Shown here piece by piece: positions 49,375 to 59,530 of a stretch of 64,000 nucleotides of DNA (position 1 is the stretch's first letter; the number at the start of each line of letters is the position of its first letter). Source of the stretch: an uncultured Thermoplasmata archaeon (GTDB lineage: Archaea; Thermoplasmatota; Thermoplasmata; Lutacidiplasmatales; UBA184); contig CAVRCS010000004.1 of the NCBI GenBank assembly GCA_963719635.1, positions 459,465 through 523,464 on the forward strand. The letters are read 5' to 3'. Both the position numbers and the translations under genes were made by a program. The notes under the pieces are model-generated. The model was not told the origin of the DNA, did no database searches, and saw nothing but the letters and a program-made list of their open reading frames with translations.

Positions 49375-50009
49375 GGTACGAACCATGAGCTTCGATTGGA
49401 TCAACGCGCGCAAGGCAGTCGCCCGACGCCGACTGGCCCAGAAGCGGGGCGTCTCGCCGATCATCGCGACGATCCTGCTGGTCGCGATCACGGTCGTGCT
49501 CGCGGCCGTGCTGTACGTCCTGATCTCGGGACTGACGCACGGCGGCGGGGCCGTCCCGTACTCGGTCTCGATGGGAACGCCGAGCTGGTCGGGGACGAAT
49601 CCGTCCTACGGAACGATCTCGATCACGGGCGCGACGAGCGGGTTGAAGACCTCGCTCTTCGGGTTCGCGGTGGCGACGATCAGCGGCTCGCCGGTGCCGG
49701 TCGCGACGGCGGCACCCACGACGACCTGTAAGGCGAAGGTGTCCTACGCGACGACCGCCTGCACGGCCCCGACGACCGGCAACTGGTACGTCGTGCTCTA
49801 CTACACGGGCAACGGGAGCATCGCGGACATCTGGGTCAACGGCGGCTGGACGACCGGCCTGACCAACAACTATGCCGTGGGCATCAGTGCCGGGGCGCAG
49901 TCGCTGGTGATCATCGGCTCGTCGGGCGCGAGCCTGCCGAGCTCCGGCGATCAGCTGAACGCTTTCGGGCTGGGCAGCTCGAGCGTGAGCGGTTCCTCCG
50001 GGTCGTTCT
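48817..50009 (+). repeat. 556-bp direct repeat (48817-49372 / 49454-50009), 2 mismatches
   Basis: Base-by-base comparison: differences only at 48962/49599 and 49010/49647. Confidence 0.92.
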
Positions 50010-50011
50010 AA
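49385..50011 (+). CDS. Archaeal type IV pilin, copy 2
   Basis: QKRG/VSPIIATILLVAIT; GAGGT SD upstream. Confidence 0.9.
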   Translation: MSFDWINARKAVARRRLAQKRGVSPIIATILLVAITVVLAAVLYVLISGLTHGGGAVPYSVSMGTPSWSGTNPSYGTISITGATSGLKTSLFGFAVATISGSPVPVATAAPTTTCKAKVSYATTACTAPTTGNWYVVLYYTGNGSIADIWVNGGWTTGLTNNYAVGISAGAQSLVIIGSSGASLPSSGDQLNAFGLGSSSVSGSSGSF

Positions 50012-50240
50012 GGGCGACCGAGCCTCGGGCCGCTCCGCGGCCCCGAACCAACCCCTTCCTCCCTCTTCTTCTGGCGCGGGCCTCGATGGTGGCGAATGCC
50101 CGCCAGGAGCAGGCCGAGGGCCGGGGGCGGGCAGCACCCGACCGCCCTGGCCCGAAGGTGCAGATGGCCACACGGGGCGCGATAATGTCTAAATACGGGA
50201 CGCCCGCCTCTTCGTCGGCAGGAGCCCGGCGGAGCCATCG

Positions 50241-51932
50241 ATGAGGATGCAAGCAGAGCGCGCGAGGCCCGTGGTCGGGATTGACCGGCGAGCGTGGAAG
50301 AGCCGCGTCTGGCGGCGCAACCACGCGCGGCACGGAGTCTCCGACGTCGTCGCCACCATCCTCCTCCTCGGGCTCACGGTCACCCTCTTCTCGGCGATCT
50401 TCGCGTTCGTCACGAAGTTCCCGTCCCCGCCGGCGCAGAACGTCGACCAGTTCCAGGCGACGTTGGTGACGGGCTCCGGCTCGATCACCAAGCTCGCGAT
50501 CGAGCAGACCGGGGGCCCGAGCGTCCCGCCGGGCGACCACGTCTTCCTGGTCGCCTCCCGGACGGTCACCAACTGGCAGTTCTCCCGAGCCTCGGGGATC
50601 CTCGTCTCGTGGGGGACCAGCAACTCCACGAGCGGCTGGTCGACCGGCCAGTTCTGGACGACCACCTTCAGCCCCGGGCTGACGATGCCCACCAACATCA
50701 CGATCTACGTCGTCTCGTCCACGAGCCTGCTCTACACGACGACCGTGCCCGGGGTCACCCCGAACAAGCCGCCGGTGATCTCGAGCGTGTACCCGAGCCC
50801 GTCCGAGCCGGCGGCCGGTGCGGCGTTCGTGCTGTACGCCCAGACGTCGGCGTACGCCTCCACGATGACCGTGACGGCGAGCTTCGCCGCGGTGCCCGGC
50901 CTCACCACGCTGGGGACCGGGGGGAACGGGACCGTCTCCCTGACGTACACCGTTTCCACGGGCCTATGGTCGTACTCGGTTCCGGCCAGTAAGACGACGA
51001 CCAACGGAACGTACGAGGTCTTCCTGAGCGGGGTCAACAGTAAGACCGGGGTCAAGTTCTCCGCTTCGTTCGCGTTCACGATCGGGGGCACCAGCAGCGG
51101 CGGCGGCAGCGGCTCCGGGTTCTATGTGACGGTCGGGCTCTCCCCGCAGCAGCCGCCGTACCCGCTCCTCTCCCCGAAGGTCTACCTGACCGCGACGATC
51201 ACGTACAACGGGACGACGCTGAACGTCCCGGTCTCGGTGTCGTTCAAGGTCGCCCAGACCCCGGCCGGTTACTCCGCGAGCACCACGACGGTCTCCGGCC
51301 AGTCCGGTCTGACCATCTCTGGCCCCGGAAAGGTGCTCGTCTACAGCAAGACCGCCTTCGGGTCGTGGATCTTCAATTCGACCGTCACGGTCACCGCGAC
51401 GGCTACCCTCACGGGGGTGGGGACCCAGGTGGGCGCCCTGAACCTCGGAACCCAGAAGCTCGTGGGCGGCCTGGTCCGTCCGCTGACCACCGGCCTCGGG
51501 GGTACGACCAACATCACCGGATCGGTCTACACGACCCAGTGGTCGCACAGCTGTACCTCGACCAGCTGTCCGTTCCTCTACGTGGACGTGTGGGACAACT
51601 ACGGCTCGGTCCTTGGGTTCCCGGGAACGTCGGTGTACTTCTCCGGAACGGTGTACGTGACGGGCACGGGCGGGACGACCTGCCCGACCGGGTGCAACAC
51701 CAGCGCTCTCGTGACCAACTCGACGCACACCCTTGTCACGCCGGGCACCACCGGCTCGTTCACGTCGTTGAACGTCGAGAGCCAGGGCAGCACGACGGTC
51801 CGCATGGCGGCGCTGACGTGGTGGAAGACCGGGGTCACGGTGACGTTCACCGTGCGCTTGACCGTCTACTGGGGTAGCCTGGTCATCGGCCACGTGGTGA
51901 ACACGTACGTGTCCACGCACTCGATGAGCTAA
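50241..51932 (+). CDS. Large type IV pilin-like/adhesin protein
   Basis: ARHG/VSDVVATILLLGLTVTLF; Ser/Thr-rich beta-type domains, several N-x-S/T sequons. Confidence 0.8.
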   Translation: MRMQAERARPVVGIDRRAWKSRVWRRNHARHGVSDVVATILLLGLTVTLFSAIFAFVTKFPSPPAQNVDQFQATLVTGSGSITKLAIEQTGGPSVPPGDHVFLVASRTVTNWQFSRASGILVSWGTSNSTSGWSTGQFWTTTFSPGLTMPTNITIYVVSSTSLLYTTTVPGVTPNKPPVISSVYPSPSEPAAGAAFVLYAQTSAYASTMTVTASFAAVPGLTTLGTGGNGTVSLTYTVSTGLWSYSVPASKTTTNGTYEVFLSGVNSKTGVKFSASFAFTIGGTSSGGGSGSGFYVTVGLSPQQPPYPLLSPKVYLTATITYNGTTLNVPVSVSFKVAQTPAGYSASTTTVSGQSGLTISGPGKVLVYSKTAFGSWIFNSTVTVTATATLTGVGTQVGALNLGTQKLVGGLVRPLTTGLGGTTNITGSVYTTQWSHSCTSTSCPFLYVDVWDNYGSVLGFPGTSVYFSGTVYVTGTGGTTCPTGCNTSALVTNSTHTLVTPGTTGSFTSLNVESQGSTTVRMAALTWWKTGVTVTFTVRLTVYWGSLVIGHVVNTYVSTHSMS

Positions 51933-51992
51933 CGCTCCCGCTCCACCGTCGGGCGCCCGCGTGCACTGTCCGTGGGAGTCGCGGACGCCAGC

Positions 51993-53138
51993 CTAGGGCT
52001 CGGGAGGGGGCGGCGGCGTTCCGTCGGCCCCCGACTTGAGCGGCGCGGAGACGGTCCCGAGGCTAGCCCCACACTTCCAGCACTTCGCCTCGTTGGGGTA
52101 GACGACCGCCCCGCAGCTGGGGCACGCGGCCTCGCCGGCCGACGGAGCGTTCGCCTTCGCCGGTGGGCTCGCAGCGTCGGCGGGGGGTGTACCGGCGCCT
52201 TCGCCCGAAGGGGCGGTGGGTGGGGCCGCCGCGCCGGCGGCGCCCTTGGCGGCCATGAACGCCTTGGCGCCCTGCCGGATCGCCGCGCGGTGGCGGCCCT
52301 CACGGTTCTTGAACCACATGTAGAGGATGAGGATGAAGTAGAACGGGATGCCGACGTAGACGAGCTCGTCGAGGTAGATCGCCCCGATCAGCGCGGCGTA
52401 GACGGTCCCGAACCCGCCGATGACCGGCCCCTCGATCGCGCCGTACGTAGGGTCCCCCACGAGGGGGATCTGCGCCGGATTCGAGGCGTTGGTCGCGTTC
52501 GCGAGGACGAGCGCCATCTGCCAGTTCCAGATCCCGTTCGTGCCGATGCGGAACGTGAACGTCACGGGGGTGCTGTTCGCCGGCGGACCCCCGAAGACGT
52601 GGGTCACCGGGATGAACGCGTAGCCCCCCGAGCAGGTCGAGGAGTTCGGGGTCGTGGCCCCCGGGCACGACGAGATGTACAGGTCGAGGGTGTCGTTCGA
52701 CCAGTTGGTCCCGTTCATCGAGCTCGCCAAGAACTGCGGGTTGAGCGTCACCGTCCACGTGAACGTCGTCGACTTCGACCCGATGAACGGGGAGACGGAC
52801 GCGTTCGTGAGCACCGAGCCCCCGCTCCCGAACGGGGAGGCGTCGAGGGAGTGCGCTGACGCGGGCGGGACGAGCAGCTCTTGGGTGAAGACGATGCTGG
52901 CGATCGGCGCGACCGCGATAAGGATTACGAGGCCCGAGAGCGCGAGGTACCTCGGTCGCTTCAGCCCCACCCAAACCGGCAGCGCGAGCGCCACCAGCAG
53001 CATCGCCGGGATGGCGAGCAGGGTCGCGACGTAGGCGAACGTCCCGAAGACGACGCCGATGCCGAGCAGCACCAGCGCCAGCCGCCCGGGTCCCGACTGA
53101 AGGAAACCCCTAAACCCGCGAACCGGCTCGCCGCTCAT
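51993..53138 (-). CDS. Membrane protein with extracellular domain and C-terminal double zinc ribbon
   Basis: N-terminal TMs, Asn/Thr-rich loop, TM, CPSCG...CWKCG. Confidence 0.75.
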   Translation of the reverse strand: MSGEPVRGFRGFLQSGPGRLALVLLGIGVVFGTFAYVATLLAIPAMLLVALALPVWVGLKRPRYLALSGLVILIAVAPIASIVFTQELLVPPASAHSLDASPFGSGGSVLTNASVSPFIGSKSTTFTWTVTLNPQFLASSMNGTNWSNDTLDLYISSCPGATTPNSSTCSGGYAFIPVTHVFGGPPANSTPVTFTFRIGTNGIWNWQMALVLANATNASNPAQIPLVGDPTYGAIEGPVIGGFGTVYAALIGAIYLDELVYVGIPFYFILILYMWFKNREGRHRAAIRQGAKAFMAAKGAAGAAAPPTAPSGEGAGTPPADAASPPAKANAPSAGEAACPSCGAVVYPNEAKCWKCGASLGTVSAPLKSGADGTPPPPPEP

Positions 53139-53177
53139 GGGACGCGGGGCTACGGCGCCCGCTCCTTTTAACTCCGC

Positions 53178-54514
53178 ATGAGGGGCGAGGTCGATTCCGG
53201 CCGGGGCGAAGCCCGGGCGGCGGTTCTGGTCGTCCTCGACGGGCTCGGGGACCGACCCAGCCCCGACACCGGTGGTATCAGTCCTGTCGAAGCGGCGGCG
53301 ACCCCGCACCTCGACCGGCTCTCCGGCCTCGGGGAGGTCGGACGGGTCTCTATCCTCGGACCGGGGATCGCACCGGAGTCCGACGGCGGTGTCCTCGCGC
53401 TGCTCGGCTACGACCCGGTCCGCGACTCGCCCGGAAGAGGCGTACTCGAAGCGATGGGGGTCGAAATCTCCCTGCAGCCGGGCGACGTCGCGCTCCGGCT
53501 GAACTTCGCGACCCTCGACCCGACTGGCCTCGTCACCGACTCCCGGGTCGGCCGGTCGCTCTCCACCGACGAGGCCGCCGAGCTCGCCCGGGCGTTGACC
53601 GCTGCCGACCTGCTCGGCCCTGAGGGGGTCCACGCGGGGGTGCGGGCGACGGTCGGCCATCGCGGAGTCCTCTGGCTCCGGCCGGCGGGGACGACTCCCT
53701 CTCGCCCAACGTTTCGAACGCGGACCCGTTCTACGAGAGAGTCGGCGGAATGGGAAAGGCGCGGACCCCGTCAGAGCCGCGGCTCACGGAGGTCCGCCCG
53801 CTCGACGGGACCGCGGCGGCAGCCCGTACGGCGTCGGTGCTGAACGCGCTCCTCGCCAGGGTCGGACCCGTCCTCACGAACCATCCGGTGAATGTCGCGC
53901 GCGCGCGCTCCGGCCGGCTGCAGGCGACCGGCATCCTGGTGCGTAACGCCGGGGCGCTCCCAGCGGTTCCGCCGCCCCCGTTTCGCACCCGGGCCGGCGT
54001 TCCCGGCGCCGCGCTCACGGAGATGCCCGTCGAGCGGGGAATCGCCCGTCTGCTGGGGCTCGAGGACCGGTTCGTGGGGCCCATGGGGGGCGACCATGAC
54101 GCCGGGTATCGCGAGCGCGCTCGGGCGACGCGCGAGCTGGCCCGCTCGTTCCCGTTCGTCTACGTCCACCTGAAAGGGCCGGACGAACCCGGACACGACG
54201 GCGATGCCCGCCGCAAGCGCACCGTGGTCGAGGAGATCGACCGTTCGTTCTTCGGCCCGTTCCTCGAAGGCCTCGACCTCACGACGACGGCGGTCGCCGT
54301 AACCGCCGACCACGCGACCCCGTGCGTGCTGCGGGCCCACTCGGACGACCCGGTACCGTGGCTGCTGGTCGGCGGGGAGACCCGGCCCCTGACCCGTCGA
54401 CCCACGCCGCGCTTCGGGGCGGAAGCTACCGGACCGGGAGCCTCGGCCCCCCTGGCGGCGAGCGAGGTCGTCCCGCTCCTGCTCCGCGCGGCCGGGGTCT
54501 CCCAGAGCCCATGA
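53178..54514 (+). CDS. apgM: 2,3-BPG-independent phosphoglycerate mutase; frameshift near 53690
   Basis: DGLGD, A.TP.LD, GRG.LEA.G, HLKGPDEPGHDG, TADHATP, HS.DPVP. Confidence 0.88.
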
Positions 54515-55533
54515 GGGCGCCGGCGCTGGTCGTCCCGCGGGCCACCGGCGAAACGGTCCGGCGCGCCTTGAGCGAATCGGGGGCGCTTCGCACCGACCTC
54601 GATATCCTCGCGGAAGAGGACCGGATCGCCTTCCCCCTCGTCGTTGGGGCGGAGGTTCCCGAGGGGCGGGGAGTCGTCGAGGAGCGGGAGTTCGTGCGTC
54701 GCCCGAGACCCGCCGTGCTCGAGTTCCGGGACCTGCTCGACTGGCCCCCCGCCGAGAAGGCGGTCGTGCCGCGCGCGTTCAACGTCGTCGGCGACATCGT
54801 GCTCGTCCGCTTGCCCCCCGAGCTCGAGGGACGCCGCGCGGAGGTCGGCGAGGCGCTGCTGGAGTTCGTCCCTGGGAGTCGCCTGGTCGGACTCGACCGG
54901 GGCGTCGACGGCGTGGAACGCGTGCGACGGGTCGAGCGGATCGCCGGCTCGGGGCCGTGGACGGCCCGACACCGGGAGAACCAGCTAGAGTTCGACGTCG
55001 ACGTCGAGCGTGCCTACTTCTCCCCCCGCCTCGCGGGCGAGCATGCCCGCCTCGCAGCGGCCGTGCGGGCCGGCGAACGGGTCTACGACCTGTGCTGCGG
55101 GGTGGGGCCGTTCGCGGTGACGATCGCCCGGGAGGGCCGGGCGAGCTCGGTGGTCGCGGTGGACGTAAATCCGGCCGCCATCGAGCTGTTGCGCAAGACG
55201 CTTGCGCGGTACCGGTTCGGCGAGCGGGTGCGGCCCGTCGTCGCCGATGTCGCGGTGTTCGCGGCGTCCGCGGAGCCGGCCGAACGCGTCGTGATGAACC
55301 TCCCCCGAGAAGGGATTAAGTACGGACCTCTTGTGGCAACGCTCGTCGCGCCCGGCGGCGTCCTCCACTACTACGAGGTCGTGCCCCGGGACGAGCTCGT
55401 CGAGCGAAGAACGATGATCGAGCGCGCGTTCTCCGCCGTCGGACCGTTCACGGTAGCCCCGCTCGCCGTCGTCCATCCGTACTCCCCGTCGAGCGACCTT
55501 GTCGCGGTGACCGCCACCCGCGGGGAGCGCTGA
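54511..55533 (+). CDS. Trm5/Taw2 (Met-10+) family tRNA methyltransferase
   Basis: VVGDI, HREN, YFSPRL..E, DLCCGVGPF, MNLP. Confidence 0.85.
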   Translation: MRAPALVVPRATGETVRRALSESGALRTDLDILAEEDRIAFPLVVGAEVPEGRGVVEEREFVRRPRPAVLEFRDLLDWPPAEKAVVPRAFNVVGDIVLVRLPPELEGRRAEVGEALLEFVPGSRLVGLDRGVDGVERVRRVERIAGSGPWTARHRENQLEFDVDVERAYFSPRLAGEHARLAAAVRAGERVYDLCCGVGPFAVTIAREGRASSVVAVDVNPAAIELLRKTLARYRFGERVRPVVADVAVFAASAEPAERVVMNLPREGIKYGPLVATLVAPGGVLHYYEVVPRDELVERRTMIERAFSAVGPFTVAPLAVVHPYSPSSDLVAVTATRGER

Positions 55534-55537
55534 TCCG

Positions 55538-57859
55538 ATGGCGAACCCGGTGGTCCTCGACCTGGCCGACGCCTCGGAGCGGGACCTTGCCCTGGTCGGC
55601 GGGAAGGCGGGCAAGCTTGGCGAGCTCGTCCGCGAAGGGCTCCCGGTGCCGCCCGGGTTCATCGTGACGACCGAAGCGTACCGCGCGTTCGTCGAAGCGA
55701 ACGGCCTGAATGCGGTGATCACGGAGGCTCTCGGTCAGCTCGACGAGCGCCACCCCGCGACCGCGGACACCGCGTCCCGGAAGATCCGCTCCGCCTTCGA
55801 GGCGAAGGAGTTCCCGCCCGAACTCCGCGCCGCGGTCAGCTCCGCGTACGAGGCGTACGCCCGCCGACACTCTGTCCACTTCAGCGCCGTACGCTCGAGC
55901 GCCACGGCTGAGGACCTCGACGACGCCTCGTTCGCCGGCCTCCAGGACACGTACCTCAACGTCCGCGGGACCGAGCAGGTCCTCGAGTCGGTGCGTCGGT
56001 GCTGGGGGTCGCTGTTCACCCCGCGGGTGCTCGTCTACCGCCAGAAGAAGGGGATCGACCACGCCAACCTGCGGCTCGCCGTGCTCGTGCAGAAGATGGT
56101 CGACGCGACCGTCAGCGGGATCCTTTTCACGCGCGACCCGAACACCGGCGAGAACCACATGATCGTCGAGGCCGGCTGGGGCCTCGGCGAAGCGATCGTC
56201 GGCGGGGAGGTCACCCCCGACCACTACGTCGTCGACGGCGTGACGCTCAAGGTCATCCACAAGCAGCTCTCGGAGCAGAAGGTCCGCTACGTCCGGGCGG
56301 AAGGGGGCGGGAACCGCCGCGAAGACGTCCCGGCCGACCAGCGCTCCATCCAGAAGCTCCCGGATCCCCGCCTCGCCCGGCTCGTCTCGCTCGCGCGCCT
56401 CATCGAGTCGCGGTACCGCCGGCCGATGGACGTGGAGTGGTGTGCGGACGTGCAGTCCATCTACATCGTCCAGGCTCGACCGGTGACGACGATCCCGACG
56501 TCCACGGTCGGCGCCTCGGGTTCCGCTCCGACGACCGAGGCCGGCGACGCGCCGCTCGTCCGAGGCTTCGGCGCGAGCCCGGGGGTTGCCGCCGGGGTCG
56601 CGCGCCTCCTGCGCGGGGCGGAGGAGATGGAACGGCTGCAGGCCGGCGAGGTCCTGCTGACGACGATGACGACGCCGGACATGGTGCCGGCGATGTCGCG
56701 CGCCGCCGCCATCGTCACCGACGAGGGCGGCATGACGTGCCACGCGGCGATCGTAGCGCGCGAGCTGGGGGTCCCGTGCGTCGTCGGGACCCGGGAGGCG
56801 ACGAGCCGGATCGCCGACGGGGCCGAGGTGACGGTGGACGGCAAGACCGGCCTGGTCTACGCCGGTCGCCGGGCCAGCGCGCTGGCGAAGTCGGCTCCGG
56901 CGCCGGCGGCTGGCGCTGGCGGAGGCTTCTCCGAGTCGGTCCCGGTGACCGCGACGAAGATCTTCGTCAACGTCGGCGTCCCCGAGAAGGCGGAGGAGTA
57001 CGCCCGGCTTCCCGTCTCGGGCGTCGGGCTGCTCCGTACCGAGTTCATCTTCACCGCGCACGTCCGCGAGCACCCGCTCGCGCTCCTGCACCAGGGGCGT
57101 AAGGACGAGCTCGTCCGGCGCCTCGCCGAGGGGATCGCGAAGGTCTGCCAGGCGTTCCACCCGCGACCGGTCCTCGTCCGCACGAGTGACTTCAAGACGA
57201 ACGAGTACCGCGGCATGCCTGGCGGCGAGCCGTTCGAGCCGGTCGAGGAGAACCCGATGATCGGCTGGCGCGGCTGCTCGCGGTACATCTCGAGCGTCTA
57301 CAAGCCAGCGTTCGAATGCGAGCTCGAGGCGATCCACCGGGTGCGGACCGACCTGGGTCTGAAGAACGCGATGGTGATGCTCCCGTTCGTCCGGAACACC
57401 TGGGAGCTGGAGGAGGTCAGCGCCATGCTCCGGGCCGCCGGACTGCGGCGCTCGCGCGATTTCAAGCTGTACCTGATGGCGGAGGTGCCGTCGACCGTGC
57501 TGCTGGCGAGCGAGTTCGCGCACCACTGCGACGGCTTCTCGATCGGGTCGAACGACCTGACGCAGCTCATCCTCGGCGCGGACCGCGACTCGGAGACGCT
57601 GGGGCGGATGGGCTACTTCGACGAGCGGGACCCCGCCGTCCTGCGGGCGATCAAGCTCCTCCTGGAAGGCGCCCACCAGGAGGGGTCGACGGTCGGCATC
57701 TGCGGCCAGGGGCCGAGCGTCTACCCCGAGTTCGCCGAGTTCCTCGTCCGGGAAGGAATCGACTCGATCTCGCTCAACGCCGACACCGTCGTCTCGACGA
57801 CGCGGACGATCGCGGCGATCGAGCAGCGGATGAAGCTGGACGGCTTCCGGGGCGGCTGA
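55538..57859 (+). CDS. ppsA: Phosphoenolpyruvate synthase
   Basis: GGKAG, VRSSATAED, QARP, GGMTCHAAIVARE, FSIGSNDLTQ, ICGQ. Confidence 0.95.
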   Translation: MANPVVLDLADASERDLALVGGKAGKLGELVREGLPVPPGFIVTTEAYRAFVEANGLNAVITEALGQLDERHPATADTASRKIRSAFEAKEFPPELRAAVSSAYEAYARRHSVHFSAVRSSATAEDLDDASFAGLQDTYLNVRGTEQVLESVRRCWGSLFTPRVLVYRQKKGIDHANLRLAVLVQKMVDATVSGILFTRDPNTGENHMIVEAGWGLGEAIVGGEVTPDHYVVDGVTLKVIHKQLSEQKVRYVRAEGGGNRREDVPADQRSIQKLPDPRLARLVSLARLIESRYRRPMDVEWCADVQSIYIVQARPVTTIPTSTVGASGSAPTTEAGDAPLVRGFGASPGVAAGVARLLRGAEEMERLQAGEVLLTTMTTPDMVPAMSRAAAIVTDEGGMTCHAAIVARELGVPCVVGTREATSRIADGAEVTVDGKTGLVYAGRRASALAKSAPAPAAGAGGGFSESVPVTATKIFVNVGVPEKAEEYARLPVSGVGLLRTEFIFTAHVREHPLALLHQGRKDELVRRLAEGIAKVCQAFHPRPVLVRTSDFKTNEYRGMPGGEPFEPVEENPMIGWRGCSRYISSVYKPAFECELEAIHRVRTDLGLKNAMVMLPFVRNTWELEEVSAMLRAAGLRRSRDFKLYLMAEVPSTVLLASEFAHHCDGFSIGSNDLTQLILGADRDSETLGRMGYFDERDPAVLRAIKLLLEGAHQEGSTVGICGQGPSVYPEFAEFLVREGIDSISLNADTVVSTTRTIAAIEQRMKLDGFRGG

Positions 57860-57972
57860 GCGTCCGCGAGACGCCCGTCCCGCGGGCCCCCCCCCGGGAC
57901 GTTCCCGACCGGATTCGCCCCGGCGAAGAGGCGAATCTATATACGTATCCATGCGCCTCTTTCGACGGCGTG

Positions 57973-58890
57973 ATGCGAGCTCGCGGGCACCGCTGGCGCC
58001 GCCGGGGGACCCGGGGCGTCTCTCAGGTCCTCAGTGTCATCCTGATGCTGGCGATCACCATCAGCCTGATGGGGCTCATCTACGGGATCCGACTCCCGCT
58101 GCCCAGTTCGCCGCCGTCGCTCTCGTACGCCGCCGTGAACAACGTGAAGTACCCGGCGTTCGGCGACCCGACCGACTGCTACCCGAACCTCCCGTACCTG
58201 CCGAACGACTGGAAGTACTACCTCTGGGGCGGGGAGAACAACACGACGGACCGGGCGCTCTGGACGGAGTACATGGACGACTGGGACACGGACTGCGAGC
58301 TGGACGACAACGGGATCTACGCGACGATGAACGCGACCGGGATCGTCATCACCGGCGTCTCGCAGTCGATCCCGCTCTCGGCCATCGAGTTCGAGTTCAT
58401 CTGCACCAACACCACGCCGAAGGTCCAGACGACCTACCTCGTCCAGGGGTACCTCGACGACATGGAGTGGGTGCCGGGAGGCTCGCAGAACCTCTCCTCG
58501 AGTGCCCCGACGCTCGGCACGTGCGGCTCGTTCGACCCGCGGGGGAGCGGGGCGAACAGCGTCTACTACAACCGACTCGGCTTCTTCGACCCGCTCAACG
58601 ACGGGATCACGACCCTCACGCCGGGAATGACCCTCGTGCTGTACGTCCACACGCCGGATTCGATCACGGAAGCCCCGAGCGAGCTCACCGAAGGGTGCGG
58701 CGGGCGCGGCGGCAGCTGCACCTGCCCGTGGGGCGCGAATTGCGCCTGGGGCCAGCAGGACACCGACGACTACCACGGCGCGCCGCTCTGGTGCTTTACG
58801 GACCCCGGGTCGTGCACGGTCGAGTTGATTGACACGGACGTCAACTCGCCGGTCGTGATCCTTACGGTGCCGGTGTACCTCCTCGGATGA
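57973..58890 (+). CDS. Type IV pilin-like protein with Cys-rich acidic domain
   Basis: TRG/VSQVLSVILMLAITISL; TATATA box at about 57938-57943. Confidence 0.75.
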   Translation: MRARGHRWRRRGTRGVSQVLSVILMLAITISLMGLIYGIRLPLPSSPPSLSYAAVNNVKYPAFGDPTDCYPNLPYLPNDWKYYLWGGENNTTDRALWTEYMDDWDTDCELDDNGIYATMNATGIVITGVSQSIPLSAIEFEFICTNTTPKVQTTYLVQGYLDDMEWVPGGSQNLSSSAPTLGTCGSFDPRGSGANSVYYNRLGFFDPLNDGITTLTPGMTLVLYVHTPDSITEAPSELTEGCGGRGGSCTCPWGANCAWGQQDTDDYHGAPLWCFTDPGSCTVELIDTDVNSPVVILTVPVYLLG

Positions 58891-59492
58891 GCACGGACAC
58901 GATCGTTCCGGGCCGCAGCCTTCCGCCCGTGCGCCGCCCGCTGCGGCTTCTCCGCTGGGTGGCGGTCGCCTGCGTCGCTGCTGTCCTCATCGAGGCCGGG
59001 GCGGTCACCGACGGCTTCGGGATCCCGAGCCTCCTGGCGCGGCACTCCAGCCCGTCGTCGGCCCCCAACCCGAACCCGTTCGAGGAGAAGGTCCTGGCCG
59101 TCGACCCGAAGCTGGTCTATGGGATGGGCGGAGCGAGCACGTTCTCGTTCCCGAACGGCGCCGACCTCTGCAGCCGCTGTCCGATGGTCCCGGTGGTGAA
59201 CACCAACGTCACTCCCGCGGTCGCGGGTGTCTGGGTCTACTTCAACATCACGTACCACGGACAGAACTACACGCACGTCGCCAACTTCTCGGTGAGCACT
59301 TCGGGGGCGAACGGCAACCTGTTCACGCTCGGCTGCGTCAGCCTCCAGTCGTCCCGGTGCAACGAGCAGCTGGTGGGGCTCAGCTTCCTGCACAACCAGA
59401 CGTGGGCGGTCGAGGTGTACGTCTACGCCGCCTCGGTGCCGTACAACGGCGGCGACGGCTACACGATCACCTTCCGGATGACGTCGCCGTAG
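58887..59492 (+). CDS. Membrane-anchored secreted hypothetical protein
   Basis: Basic N-terminus plus TM, Cys pairs, sequons; ATGA-coupled to the pilin-like gene. Confidence 0.65.
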   Translation: MSTDTIVPGRSLPPVRRPLRLLRWVAVACVAAVLIEAGAVTDGFGIPSLLARHSSPSSAPNPNPFEEKVLAVDPKLVYGMGGASTFSFPNGADLCSRCPMVPVVNTNVTPAVAGVWVYFNITYHGQNYTHVANFSVSTSGANGNLFTLGCVSLQSSRCNEQLVGLSFLHNQTWAVEVYVYAASVPYNGGDGYTITFRMTSP

Positions 59493-59530
59493 ACCCGCCC
59501 GAGACGGGCGACGGCTCCGGGCCCTGGGGG

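Noticed and set aside
48817-50011. DGR-like TR/VR pair (copy 2 has A at both mismatches and in the stop codon, TAA vs TGA)
   Set aside because: Only 3 changes over many adenines, both copies are full genes, and there is no reverse transcriptase in the window
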